A stretch of 64,000 bases of DNA from a virus (IMGVR_UViG_2974647559_000001:20609-84608); one strand, 5' to 3'. Counted from the stretch's first letter, positions 10,113 to 21,059 are shown. Translations and numbers: made by a program. The notes: generated from the letters alone by a model not told the origin.

Positions 10113-10256
10113 ATGAAAGCTTACTTAAAATTCTTATCATTCGCTGAATGGTTGACAGAAGAAAGATTGCAAAACATTTGCATTGTTTGGCTATTTACTG
10201 TTATCCTTTGCAGTGGATCAATTGTTGAATCAATTTGTAAATTAATGGGGGTGTAA
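10113..10256 (+). CDS. 47-aa membrane peptide, paralog A
   Basis: MKAYLKFLSFAEWLTEERLQNICIVWLFTVILCSGSIVESICKLMGV; AAGGTG RBS. Confidence 0.7.
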   Translation: MKAYLKFLSFAEWLTEERLQNICIVWLFTVILCSGSIVESICKLMGV

Positions 10257-10543
10257 GATGCGATTATTTGAATTGCGGGCTGGATGGGTGGAAGAATATG
10301 ATTGCCCAGATAACGGGGTCACAGAGATATGCAATAACTACGATGTTATTGCTATGCAAATCAACGGTAATGATAAGCTTGTCGCAATGGCTGAAGATCT
10401 GTCAAAAGGTTTTAACGGTGAGTACTGGTCTTTAAAAAGAGTTACAGAACTGCGTGCGATTTATCCAAATTATGATGATTTTAGGGAAGCAAAGTACACT
10501 ATACACGAACTAACTGATCTAGTAATTAATGACGAATAACAAA

Positions 10544-10687
10544 ATGAGAGCTTATTTGAAGTTGTTAGCTTGTTCTAATTGGTTAACAGAAGAAAGAATA
10601 CAAAACATTTGCATGTTTACGGTGTTTGCTGTTATCCTTTGCAGCGGATCAATTGTTGAATTTATTTGTAAATTATTGGGAGTTTGA
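10544..10687 (+). CDS. 47-aa membrane peptide, paralog B (absent from the ORF track)
   Basis: MRAYLKLLACSNWLTEERIQNICMFTVFAVILCSGSIVEFICKLLGV; collinear with paralog A. Confidence 0.7.
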   Translation: MRAYLKLLACSNWLTEERIQNICMFTVFAVILCSGSIVEFICKLLGV

Positions 10688-10906
10688 TTATGGTAGATTT
10701 TTCTGATTATTTAGGTAAACAAAAAATTGAGTTAAAATCCGATTTTCGTATACGTCTATTGTGCAAACAACATTCAGGTTTTTCAAATTGGTTTGGGAAT
10801 AAATTTTTAAAGTGGGAATATGATATGGTTGATAGAGATGAGGTAGAAAACTTAAATAGTTCATTTTGTCGTGCTTATTTAGAATTGAATTAATGACAAA
10901 TAACCC

Positions 10907-10935
10907 TTGCAAATTATTAATGCCTGTTGTATATT
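10907..10935 (+). promoter_or_regulatory. Sigma70 promoter
   Basis: TTGCAA-17-TATATT with an extended TG. Confidence 0.65.
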
Positions 10936-12528
10936 TAGTGGGCATTGCTAAGACAGCAAGACAAGAGAGAGGGTTACAAAATGTTTGATAATGAAAATAT
11001 TGAAGCATTAGAAAAAGAAATTGCAGCTTTGAAAATGCAATTAGATTTAATTGGTAAAGTGGATCAGTATAAGGCCAGCTTAATCCACACATACCACTTT
11101 GCTGGGGCAGAATTATTAAAATGTAATATTGATCGTTTTACTGGCAGTGGGTTAATAGTAACTATTAAAAGCTTATCGGGTAAAGAATTAGTAATGCCTT
11201 TTATGGTTAAGGATGGTTTAAGCAACACTACAATTAATACTTTACTTGATGACATGCAACGCAGCTTTGATAGTGGTATTGAATTCAAGCCAGTACAAAA
11301 AAGATTATAAAAACAGTTGTTTTATAATAGCCAGTATGGTTTAATTAGCTGGCTATCAACAAGACAATTTTTAACAAGTGGCAATAGTGCCAATAACACA
11401 AAGGTGATAATATGAAATACTTAAACAGATTCCGTCAAGAAAGCTCAGATGCTAAATATAACGCACAGAAAAATCTGTCCGGTTTAACTTACTATTATGA
11501 TGACGATACAATGAAGTATCACAAAAGCCGCATATTAAGTTGTAATATAACTCATGAAGGTTTGCTGCTTGGTACAGTTGAAAGCTTTGCTGATTACAAC
11601 GGTAAACGCTTATACCGACCCGTAATATTCAATGTATTAGGGCAAGTAATTCATAGACCCTTACAGATTGAAAGCTGCTTTAACAAGTCGGATAAAGCAT
11701 TGGCGTCTATGTGGGAGGAGTTGAACAAAATTGATGCTGTTTCCCACACTAAACAGGCAGTGATAGAACAGAGAGATCGTGATTTTAAATATGCAACTGA
11801 ATTTTTAGAAGGTTTATGATCATGATTACTTTAAAACAACTTATGCCAGAATAAGTTAATTAATGAAACAATAACAGCGCTTACAAGTGTAGGCGCTAAT
11901 TATCCAACACAAATTAATGTTTAATAAATAAGGATTAATAATATGATTACACAACTAGCAAACAATCAAAACGTACTGGCTACAGACAAAGGGCATTTAT
12001 TTGTGTCTTATGGTTCGGTCATAGCTTTTAAACCATATAATGGTGATACGCCAACTGTTACAGATAAGTGGGATTATAGCCAGACAACGCTTAAGTATTT
12101 AAAACAATTCTTAGGTTGTAGTTTATCTAAGGCACAGTTGGCTGATAGAATAAAATCGGGCAACATTATCCTAGACAATTCAATTAAAAATTTCAAGGTG
12201 TCATTTTGAAAACATACAACTACAAACAATTTGCAAACGTCCCAACATGGCAAGCTGACAAAGCAGCTAAACAAGCTAAGAAGCAAGCCAAGCAATTTAA
12301 ACAGAATCGCAGTGCTAAGCGCTCAGTGTGGGAGTGTATAGGATGAATTTATTACAAAGCTTATTTTGTAAGCCTAAATATATACTAGTGTATGTTGACA
12401 CACTAGACGATCAAGGGAACCCAGTTAGCTACACAAACAAATATAGTTATGAAGTGTGGGAAAAAATAAGAGACTGGCATGCAATACATATACCACATAA
12501 CGGGATAATGCCAATATACTAACCTAAT

Positions 12529-12555
12529 AGCCAGCCTTTGAGCTGGCTTTCTTAT
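12529..12555 (+). terminator. Intrinsic terminator ending the early cluster
   Basis: AGCCAGC-loop-GCTGGCT followed by TTCTT. Confidence 0.7.
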
Positions 12556-13312
12556 TCCATTAAACAATAACATTCTGTTAACATTTCTAACATTTTATTA
12601 ACGCTCATAGAATCCATTGTATAGCGTTATTCAGTAGCTATGCTACCACTTGCTTAGCTTAGTCTTACAACGTCTTATAGGCTCATGCAGACAGCCTATA
12701 ATTGATTTTATCCTACCACATAGGCTCAATATAATAAGCTATTACATAATTATGTGAATAATATCTGAATAGATAAAGCATTAGTGGATAAGGATATAGG
12801 CTCAATAGCTGGCTAATTGTCATTAGATGGATGTTATCAGATAGGGCTAATTGTTTAGTAATTGTTAATGGATCATCTGTTTGGATGTCTAGTGTGGGTG
12901 CTAACTTGGTGTTATTGGTTGGTTAATATATTGTTATTTGATTATCTATTCTATTATTGATTGGTTAAACACAAAACTAACATCCTATTAACATAATTAG
13001 ACTACATACTCTAATTATTAACAATCCATTCACACAAATAATTGTAAATAATCCATTCATAGCATGTTGCATAAATGTAAATAATCTATACACAATTAAT
13101 TTACATACAACATGCAATCAGTATGCCAACATTAAATAAATATAATTATTCATACAGTATGCAATAGGTAATGACACGTCATTTAATTGACATTTAACAT
13201 AATATAGATTATGAGTTATTAGTAATAGAATGAATAGGTTATGCATAATTATGATGAGTAATTGCATACAGTAATTTGTGCTGGATATACAGTAGTATTG
13301 ATTTGATGAATA

Positions 13313-13807
13313 GATATTTTAGAATTATAAGCTAATTGTATAATGGGGTATTGGGTGTGTTAAACCACTCAAACGTTAATTTTAAATATACCCAACCTAG
13401 TACCCCCAAACGATATTTCCACACTACAAATTAGTCAGGTAATCATCAGGGACCACTAGGGGAATATTAACTGGATATTTTCATACTGGATATTTTAATC
13501 TAACCCTTGTGAAATAAGAGTTGGTGGGTGTATCTGCCTGTTGTATTAGAAATAGGATTAGTAACAAGAATTATAGAGGATATTTCAATAGATATTTCTA
13601 CTAATTATAATTTAGAATAATACACTATGGCATGGTAGTTGCTTTACAGTATAAGCTGGTTTTTTGGAGGGGTTGATTTATGCGGAATTTCTAACCTACC
13701 CTAATACATTTAAAGTATTGGGGTACGATATTTCTATTGTGTAGATATTTTAGATGTGTCATAATGCTTGTATTAGATTGGAGGGTGTATGATACATATA
13801 GATATTT
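13313..13807 (+). repeat. Array of nine same-strand GATATTT heptamers
   Basis: Copies at 13313, 13412, 13474, 13489, 13579, 13591, 13727, 13744, 13801. Confidence 0.8.
13737..13765 (+). promoter_or_regulatory. Sigma70 promoter of the RepL-like gene
   Basis: TTGTGT-17-CATAAT; a GATATTT copy lies in the spacer. Confidence 0.55.
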
Positions 13808-14250
13808 CAGATGTCAGTACAGAGAAAGAGCTTATTGATGTTTGTGTACAGAATAAATGGGATAAGAAGCCTGATGCTTTTGTGAAGCACTCTACTAAAT
13901 GCTTTGATTACTTAGAGCATGTTGGGGCTGTTAAGTTTGAGAAGTGGTATAAGATGAGTAAGAACATACAGAGAAGGAATGTGTGGATGTGTACTGTTGC
14001 TCAGTTATCTGAAGTGACAGGGATTGCTGTTGGTAATCGGTTAAATATATTGCTCAGAGAATTTAGTAATGTGGGGTTATGTGTTGTTGAATATCCAGAA
14101 GGGAAGTATGATGGTAGGAGTATTGTGTCTGAAAGAAGGAGGGTTGTTTTCAACCCCCATTTAGTGTGGAAAGGATGTTTGGGTAAGCAGTATCAGTATA
14201 AGAAAGAATGGGATGTTAGTCGGTATGGGTATGTGCTGAACAAAGAATAA
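13789..14250 (+). CDS. RepL-like winged-helix DNA-binding protein
   Basis: HTH-like TVAQLSEVTGI..LLREF..GL and C-terminal VFNPHLVWKG. Confidence 0.5.
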   Translation: MIHIDISDVSTEKELIDVCVQNKWDKKPDAFVKHSTKCFDYLEHVGAVKFEKWYKMSKNIQRRNVWMCTVAQLSEVTGIAVGNRLNILLREFSNVGLCVVEYPEGKYDGRSIVSERRRVVFNPHLVWKGCLGKQYQYKKEWDVSRYGYVLNKE

Positions 14251-14270
14251 AAGCCCCAATTAAGGGGCTT
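14251..14270. terminator. Bidirectional terminator between convergent genes
   Basis: AAGCCCC-6-GGGGCTT. Confidence 0.75.
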
Positions 14271-14274
14271 CGTC

Positions 14275-15243
14275 TTAATCAAAATAATATTTCTCCAGCG
14301 CCTTAAACATAACAGACAGGTCACTCTGTTCTGGTAAATCACTTTGCTTTAATAGAACCATACACTCTTCGTATAATTCATGTATTGTAGACATCACTTC
14401 ATCCACATCAGTAACAAAACCACGTTTCACTGCTTTAATGTACTCAGCATTCTTTAAGGGGAATGTAATGTTTCGTTCTAACACCAATTCCTTTAATTGA
14501 ACAAGAACCCGCAGTGCATGACTAAGAGATTTAGTGTCCAATCCTTTTGTCTCACCATCTTCTGTACGCTTACCATAACGTGCAATCTCTCTGCACAGGG
14601 CATCTGTTAGTTGTCGCACTTCCCAAGTGTGGATATATTTCTTACCACACACTTCGAGATATTTCTGTTCGTGGTCTGTTACAACAGTGACATTTTTAAT
14701 GTACTTGTATTCTTGTGGTAGATGATTAGCTACATTAGCCACTACATCGTTAATACCAACAGATTCAGCAAACGCTAACAGAGACTTCATTTCAACTAGA
14801 CGGTCAATCTTGTTTGAATATTTGTGTGTATGTGTCTTAATGTAACCTACCATACCTCGCATTGTCTTAGACAACAATAACCCACGGTGTTGTTTGATTG
14901 TTTCCCATAATGGTGTGATAGTCATTACCACAGCATCTGGGGCAAACAACAGATCAATACAGTTTGTGTCACAAGATTCCGCGCTAAGTAAGAAGGATGG
15001 GAGTGATTTAAGCTCCAGTTCAATATCCAAATCATCATTCTTATAGTTATATGTCTTGGTAGCTTTGCCTAGCAGTAAATCTGTCTTACTTGGTGCATAG
15101 ACAGCCTTCACGTCAATGTCACTCTCAGGTCTATCTAATCCGTACAAATGTGAGCCGTGGAAAGACATAAAGATAATATCTTTGTTCTTTGTTTGACTCG
15201 ATAACCAATCTTTTTGTTCTTGCGTTAATTTAGGTACGTTCAT
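14275..15243 (-). CDS. Pol-beta-superfamily nucleotidyltransferase (RlaP / T4 NrdC.11-like)
   Basis: HGSHLYGLDRPESDIDVKAVY (GS..DxD) and C-terminal KSLSHALRV. Confidence 0.85.
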   Translation of the reverse strand: MNVPKLTQEQKDWLSSQTKNKDIIFMSFHGSHLYGLDRPESDIDVKAVYAPSKTDLLLGKATKTYNYKNDDLDIELELKSLPSFLLSAESCDTNCIDLLFAPDAVVMTITPLWETIKQHRGLLLSKTMRGMVGYIKTHTHKYSNKIDRLVEMKSLLAFAESVGINDVVANVANHLPQEYKYIKNVTVVTDHEQKYLEVCGKKYIHTWEVRQLTDALCREIARYGKRTEDGETKGLDTKSLSHALRVLVQLKELVLERNITFPLKNAEYIKAVKRGFVTDVDEVMSTIHELYEECMVLLKQSDLPEQSDLSVMFKALEKYYFD

Positions 15244-15252
15244 CTTTCCTCC

Positions 15253-15684
15253 TTAATTCATTAATCGTTTAGATTGTAACAGTCTTATAAATTCTACATC
15301 GTTGTTTGTTAAATAGTATTTCTCTAGGTAGTCCCACCATTCATGTCCCTCTACTTTAGGTGCATCATATATCTTAGCTGGCAAGATAACCCCGACATTG
15401 GTTAGTGCCATATTTAAAGCATCTTGTTCTTCCTTAAACCATGCAAAAGGGTATGGTAGTGTGTTCAAACTACTAATCACCTCAAACAAATCTTTCTGCA
15501 TGCCCCCATTCAGTACAACAGCGGTTTTGTGATTAATAGCCCAGTCGTATAACATCTCTCTCTCTGGACAAGCATGTTGGTACTTAACAAACATCTCCGC
15601 TGTTGTGTGTTGACTCTGGATACCAGCATGAATGCCTTGTAAGTAAAAGTTCTGAAAGAAATAAGCCCTCATTTTGACCTCCAT
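15253..15684 (-). CDS. Peptidyl-tRNA hydrolase 2 (Pth2)-like protein
   Basis: GIHAGIQSQH, WAINHKTAVVLNGG, FKEEQDALNMALTNVG resemble the PTH2 fold. Confidence 0.5.
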   Translation of the reverse strand: MEVKMRAYFFQNFYLQGIHAGIQSQHTTAEMFVKYQHACPEREMLYDWAINHKTAVVLNGGMQKDLFEVISSLNTLPYPFAWFKEEQDALNMALTNVGVILPAKIYDAPKVEGHEWWDYLEKYYLTNNDVEFIRLLQSKRLMN

Positions 15685-16928
15685 TTGTTTTGTATTTTCT
15701 TAATTTCTGCTATACGTGTTGACCTAACCAATTCACCAATAATAGCACCTTGTTTTCCTGACTGCAATGCTGGGAGTGTAATTTGTTTTGTATCTAACGA
15801 CAAAACAGCTTGTAAACACTCTCTAATGAAGTCTGCTTGTGGGTAAGGCTTACTCTCATACTCTTTAATTTGCTCTGGGGTGTAACCTCTGCCTCTTGCA
15901 TCGGAAATACACACGTTCAAGAACATCTCAAATCGTTCAGGTTGTTGGATTGCCCGTGTATCTTCAAGCATCTTCATCATTGTGTTTGCTTTCAATGCAC
16001 CGTTCCCACCCCTACCTAAACAGGAGTGTACTTTTGTGTGATATTTGCTAGAAATAACTGCCAAATCTCTATAATTGTTTGGGACTTTCCATGTATCACA
16101 GAACTCATGTATCAACTCCACCCCAGCTTCTTCGTGACCATGCAGTTTACCGTATTTCTGGTGCATTATCGGTTTACCAAAATCGTGACAGAAAGCAGCA
16201 AACGTCACAACAGGATTATTGAAGGTTTTAGCTGCATAGTCCATCACCATGTAAGTGTGAACGTCTGTCCAAATTTCTGGATGATGTTCTTCTGGTTGTG
16301 GGGTTCTTTCCATACCATATAAGATTGGAAATATATCAAAACGGGACAACCAACGAAAGAAATTACTAGGCTTATTTTCACCCATAGCTTTTTCTATTTC
16401 AATCCATACACGTTCCGGTGAACACTTAAGTATTTCGTCTGCAACCTCGGAAGAATATTCAATCAACTGTGCGGGCAGATTTCTAAAATCTGGATACCTT
16501 GCAAGAAAACGTCCAGCGCGAAGAACACGAATAGGATCTTCCTTAAAAGCTTCCGATACAGGACGTAGTAACTTCGCTTGTATATCGGTGATACCGTTAT
16601 GGGGATCAATATACACCTTATTCTCAAGGTCATACGCAATTGCGTTGATAGTAAGGTCACGCCTTAGTAAATCTTCCTCTAACGTAACATCTTTCCATGC
16701 TGTTTCAAACCCATTGTAACCGACACCAACTTTGCGCTCAGTACGGGCTAATGCGTACTCTTCACCTGTAATTGGGTGAAGGAAAACTGGAAAGTCTAAC
16801 CCTACTTGCTTGTAACCAAGGGAAACCATTTCTTCAGGGGAAGATCCAACCACAACATAGTCACGGTCTTTTGGTTCCAAACCCATCAGCATATCCCGCA
16901 CAGCGCCGCCAACTAAATATATCTTCAC
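15669..16928 (-). CDS. cca: Multifunctional CCA-adding tRNA nucleotidyltransferase with HD domain
   Basis: YLVGGAVRD..KDRDYVV, EYALARTE, DLLRRDLTINAIA, EDPIRVLR, HHPE..HT, CHDFGK. Confidence 0.95.
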   Translation of the reverse strand: MKIYLVGGAVRDMLMGLEPKDRDYVVVGSSPEEMVSLGYKQVGLDFPVFLHPITGEEYALARTERKVGVGYNGFETAWKDVTLEEDLLRRDLTINAIAYDLENKVYIDPHNGITDIQAKLLRPVSEAFKEDPIRVLRAGRFLARYPDFRNLPAQLIEYSSEVADEILKCSPERVWIEIEKAMGENKPSNFFRWLSRFDIFPILYGMERTPQPEEHHPEIWTDVHTYMVMDYAAKTFNNPVVTFAAFCHDFGKPIMHQKYGKLHGHEEAGVELIHEFCDTWKVPNNYRDLAVISSKYHTKVHSCLGRGGNGALKANTMMKMLEDTRAIQQPERFEMFLNVCISDARGRGYTPEQIKEYESKPYPQADFIRECLQAVLSLDTKQITLPALQSGKQGAIIGELVRSTRIAEIKKIQNKWRSK

Positions 16929-16937
16929 AAATCCTCC

Positions 16938-17243
16938 TTATAATCTATCACTCATATATTGTGCCATCCTCACTAACCATACAGGGTAGTCATTATCGAG
17001 TATATCGTAGAAGCTACCAGCCTGCAAGTGAGATTGTGTAACCAAATGAGATAACTTTGAATGCTTTGATAAAGTATCAAAATTAGACAAAAGGTATTTA
17101 CACATCTTATCAAAACATGCATCACTCAGGAGTGGTGTTCTGTGTGGTTCATGGTAATAGAGATATGAAGCAGCCAATAGCCAGAAATAGATGGATTTTG
17201 GACTACTCCTATAATCTTCTCTGGCTTGTTGGTCGTAGTTCAT
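16938..17243 (-). CDS. Stand-alone NAD-dependent DNA ligase subdomain Ia-like protein
   Basis: SYLYYHE...PLLSDACFDKM matches the YY..D.P.ISD.EFD pattern; only 101 aa. Confidence 0.6.
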   Translation of the reverse strand: MNYDQQAREDYRSSPKSIYFWLLAASYLYYHEPHRTPLLSDACFDKMCKYLLSNFDTLSKHSKLSHLVTQSHLQAGSFYDILDNDYPVWLVRMAQYMSDRL

Positions 17244-18608
17244 TCTACATTATCCTCCCTATCTTACCAATCTTGTTTTGCAGTTCATAGATTTCTTTTT
17301 GTTTTTCTTCTATGCACTTTTGTGTATGCTTAAAGAATTCAATAAACATAGCATCTTGTGTTGAGTATTTCTCAATCTTACCCCACCCTACTATATTACT
17401 GATATCAACTCTCTCGTTGTTGGTACAAGCAGCTTGGAATAATCCTTCATTGAGGCTTAGTATTTCCACTGATTTTCTCATTCTTCGCCTCCATAAATAA
17501 TCCTAAATAATCTTCCACTTCTTTGTCAGTATTACACATCCAGACAATAGAGTCAACATAAAAATCATCATCAGACATCATGTACATGATTTGGGATAAT
17601 TTATACATATTGTTTGGAACGTGTATAAATTTCTTGTTATTTTGTACATCAATAATGTAACCATCTGCTGTCTTGTAGGGAAGATTTTGTTTAGATAAAC
17701 TCCATTGTAAGGAGTCTACAAAATATCCCCATTCTGGTAAGTTATTGCACACCACTACTATGTTCTTAATCATGTACCTCACCTCTTAAATCTGAGAACC
17801 ATCCAACTAAATCTGAGAACCATTCAGCATTGAAGAACCACCTCCAAATATATCTAGGTTTTCTTATTTGTAGCTCACCATGTGAATCTATAAATGGTTT
17901 GTGTACACGTATGCGCTGAAAACTTCCATTTCCGCTGTAGTTATGTTTGTACCTACTGGATAAGAATTGCTTGTTGCGCTGGATCAGTTTACGTTTCATA
18001 CCTTCTCCGCAGTCTTATTCAAACAATCAATCAAAACACTATCACTAAACTTCTTAATCACATCGAGCTTATCCTGAATCTTATTATAGATTGGCACTTG
18101 ATACGCTTGAGCAATCAGATTAGTGAATACTGGCTTAGCAGCTGCTGGAATATCTTTAGATTGTTCTAACCTTGTAGATATTTCTGCCAAACTCATGTGC
18201 TCTTGCCTAACAGTCATAATCTTCTCTGCTTGATTAGCCCAACCATTGCACAGTTCAGATGAATTAACTGTAGTAGAGTACAGCAATAAGAATAGCATAA
18301 TACCAAAGGCAATAATCAACTCGTTTTTTACATAACTAAGAAAGCTCTCCCTACGTTGCTCTCTTGGTGGAGGTGGTTTTGGTAGAGGTTGATAACCATT
18401 CCCATCCCTACCGTTATAATTATTTTTCATCATTACTCTCCTTAATTAATTTCATTACAAGTTCTTGTCTATATTTACATTCCAATGGTCGATTGCATTC
18501 CCCTGAGTCATCTGATGTGTCACACTCCAATGAGGCGTAACACCAACCCTCACTCCATACAGGGCAGCGGAAGATTAAGTTCTCAGAAGCTATTAGTGTG
18601 TTCATAAC

Positions 18609-18995
18609 TCACCACCCTGCCTGCTGGCGTAGTTGGTTGGCGTATTCGTTAGCGTGACTCTCAATCTCATCTGCGGAAAACGTTCCTGCAACTGTGTTTA
18701 TTAAGTGAGCGCCATCAATAAATCCATCACGACCAGCCTGCGCCTCAACTTCTGCTAGGCACTGGGCTGGTGTTCCTGATAGCGTATCTTTAATTCTCCC
18801 TTTCCAAACATCACAATCGCTTTCTGACAGTTCCATGCTAAGCTGCATATCTTCAAGAATGTCATCTAGGCTAGTTCGCAACAACTCAACCTGCGCTTGC
18901 AACTTATTATTTCTTTCTGTACTCTCTTGCCAACCAATTTTATGTGCAATAAGGGCTTGCTCTAGCTCCGAAATCCGTTTTTCTATTTCACTCAT
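18609..18995 (-). CDS. Ead/Ea22-like protein
   Basis: Coiled coil then TPAQCLAEVEAQA..ANEYANQLRQQA. Confidence 0.4.
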   Translation of the reverse strand: MSEIEKRISELEQALIAHKIGWQESTERNNKLQAQVELLRTSLDDILEDMQLSMELSESDCDVWKGRIKDTLSGTPAQCLAEVEAQAGRDGFIDGAHLINTVAGTFSADEIESHANEYANQLRQQAGW

Positions 18996-20459
18996 CTTAT
19001 TTACCCTCCATCATCAAAGCCACTAATAAACCACCTACAGCCTCATGTATAGCAATCTGCCTATCGGTGGCCTTAAATAACTTATGATAGTTTCCCCAAA
19101 ATTCCTCATAATATACCCACCCATCAGCAGTGATGCCATCATAATGGCTATATATTTCTTGCTTGCGTAAATCCTCAAGGAATTGTATTGGGTCTACAAA
19201 TATATCTTCTAGATGTTGTGGTTTCACCCCTTTAGTTTTGATTCGTTGCATCTTGCTCGTCCTTGATGATTTTATCTGCCTGCTTGAGTACGCCATAGAA
19301 GAATAATTCATATCGGTCTACTTTCTGCTGCAATTGTTTGTTCTTCTTGACCAGTGCTAAGTATTCATCTTCGTTCACTTCTATTGTGTTAATCATTTTA
19401 TCTCCTGAACATAATCAACTTCTAATTCTTGTTCTTCTATGAGGATAATAACACCATACTCATCCGTATCAGAAATAAATTGCCATGTCCAACAATCACC
19501 AGTCCATATTTCATGTCGGATGAATTTATCAAAACCTTCAATGAACTTCATCCATTTACCATCCTCATAATAAGTTGAGCATAGATTAAAGGTGTAAGAC
19601 AAGTGCTTGGCTACTTCAGAAAGGTGTTCTGATTCAAAGAACACTGTAGCATGTTCTGCATCTTCTCCAACAAAATACTTCTCAGCTAGTTCCAAGTCTT
19701 TAAATTCAACATGCACAACTTGTTTTAATTCCACTTCAAATTTCATAACCCCTCCTATTTATTAAACAGATAACCTTTGCTATCTACCACACCATTTGTC
19801 ACAATCACACGTTTACCGTCCTTACCAACAACCTCCCATGTTCTCGTGGGGTATTCCTTACAACTATTTGTATTGCTCAATATGTAATATTCCTGTTGTG
19901 TTGGTGGTAACTGTTGTAACTCTAACAAATGAGTCAGCAGAAAGCAAATGATCATATTAAATTTCTCCATTCTCCAGATAAATTAACATATCTGTATATT
20001 CTTTTTCAGTTAGGTGAGACTTAATCACCTCAAGATATGCAGAGTATAGTGCTTTATCTTCCTCAGTGTCAAGTAGGTCAATACCATATTTACAATTTAG
20101 TAGGTTGTCAAAAGCCATACCTACAAATAATGTTTCCATATCCTCGCGTAATGAATAACCATCATCAAGGAATGGCATGTTGTTATATTTAAGTTCTGGT
20201 GTTAATAATTTGTGTTTCATACCCTACCCCTTAGCACTAATTTTATGACCTTCAAATTTATTCTTTGGTTGCTGTAATTTAGAAGCCCTGATTGTATATT
20301 TACCCTTACCATATTCTTCGTCTACGAAGCTCTGAGCCACTCCACGTTCTTTAGTGTGGATATATACGTAATACATTGCAGTACGTACATAGAACGTTGC
20401 AGGGTGTTCAAAATCAATATCAGCGAATTGTTCAAACTCTACAGTTGTTGTCTTAATTG

Positions 20460-20798
20460 TCATATTTTCTCCTCCATCACAAGCTCCCCCCAAAGACTTG
20501 CATAGCTAATCTTATCAATAACACTATCGTTATGTAAGCCCTCTTGACTATAAAATCTAACATCTTTTAAGATACTTAGTATCAGTGCAATATCTGATGG
20601 TTGTAATTCGGTATTACGTAGTGTATTAAATATTGTTGCTATCTTAGCAAATGATCGCTCACCGCCCTCTTGTTCATATTCTGCTGCACGCTCAAGTTGG
20701 ATAGACTTCACTTGGTCTAATAACATTGTTGACGTTAATTTGGATATTTCTTGTTCTAATTGTTTTTGCTGTAATTGTGAATACATGCAATCTTCCAT
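20460..20798 (-). CDS. DUF6378-like protein (predicted all-alpha NTP pyrophosphohydrolase fold)
   Basis: SFAKIATIFN..DIALILSILKDVR..HNDSVIDKISYASL. Confidence 0.6.
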   Translation of the reverse strand: MEDCMYSQLQQKQLEQEISKLTSTMLLDQVKSIQLERAAEYEQEGGERSFAKIATIFNTLRNTELQPSDIALILSILKDVRFYSQEGLHNDSVIDKISYASLWGELVMEEKI

Positions 20799-21059
20799 TA
20801 TTTATCCTCCAACTCTTTAACAATAGTGTTTGTACAATAATGATAAGCACTAATCAAGTCACCAATATCCCCTTCAACACCCTCTGAGACTTCGTGTAAC
20901 ACTTTCTTAGCCACTTGCTGCAGTGTACTATGGAAAGATGTATGGTACTTCTCATATTCCTCGCCAGTGTCCTTACGCTTGGCCATATACTTAGTGTGCA
21001 GGTTAAACCCGTGTAGCGATTTCTCGAAACTAAATTTATCATTGATTTTAATTGCCATG

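Larger units (their letters stand above)
9077..12522 (+). other. Early (host-takeover-type) small gene cluster: 9077-9439, 9482-9844, 10258-10539, 10684-10893, 10945-11310, 11412-11819, 11943-12209, 12328-12522
   Basis: Short co-oriented ORFs interleaved with strong promoters; functions not recognised. Confidence 0.7.

Noticed and set aside
12597-12700. Sixth copy of the 104-bp element
   Set aside because: It shares ends and the CTTACAA..CTTATAGG half-sites, but the central motif and +50/+100 spacing do not fit, so it was not listed as a feature.
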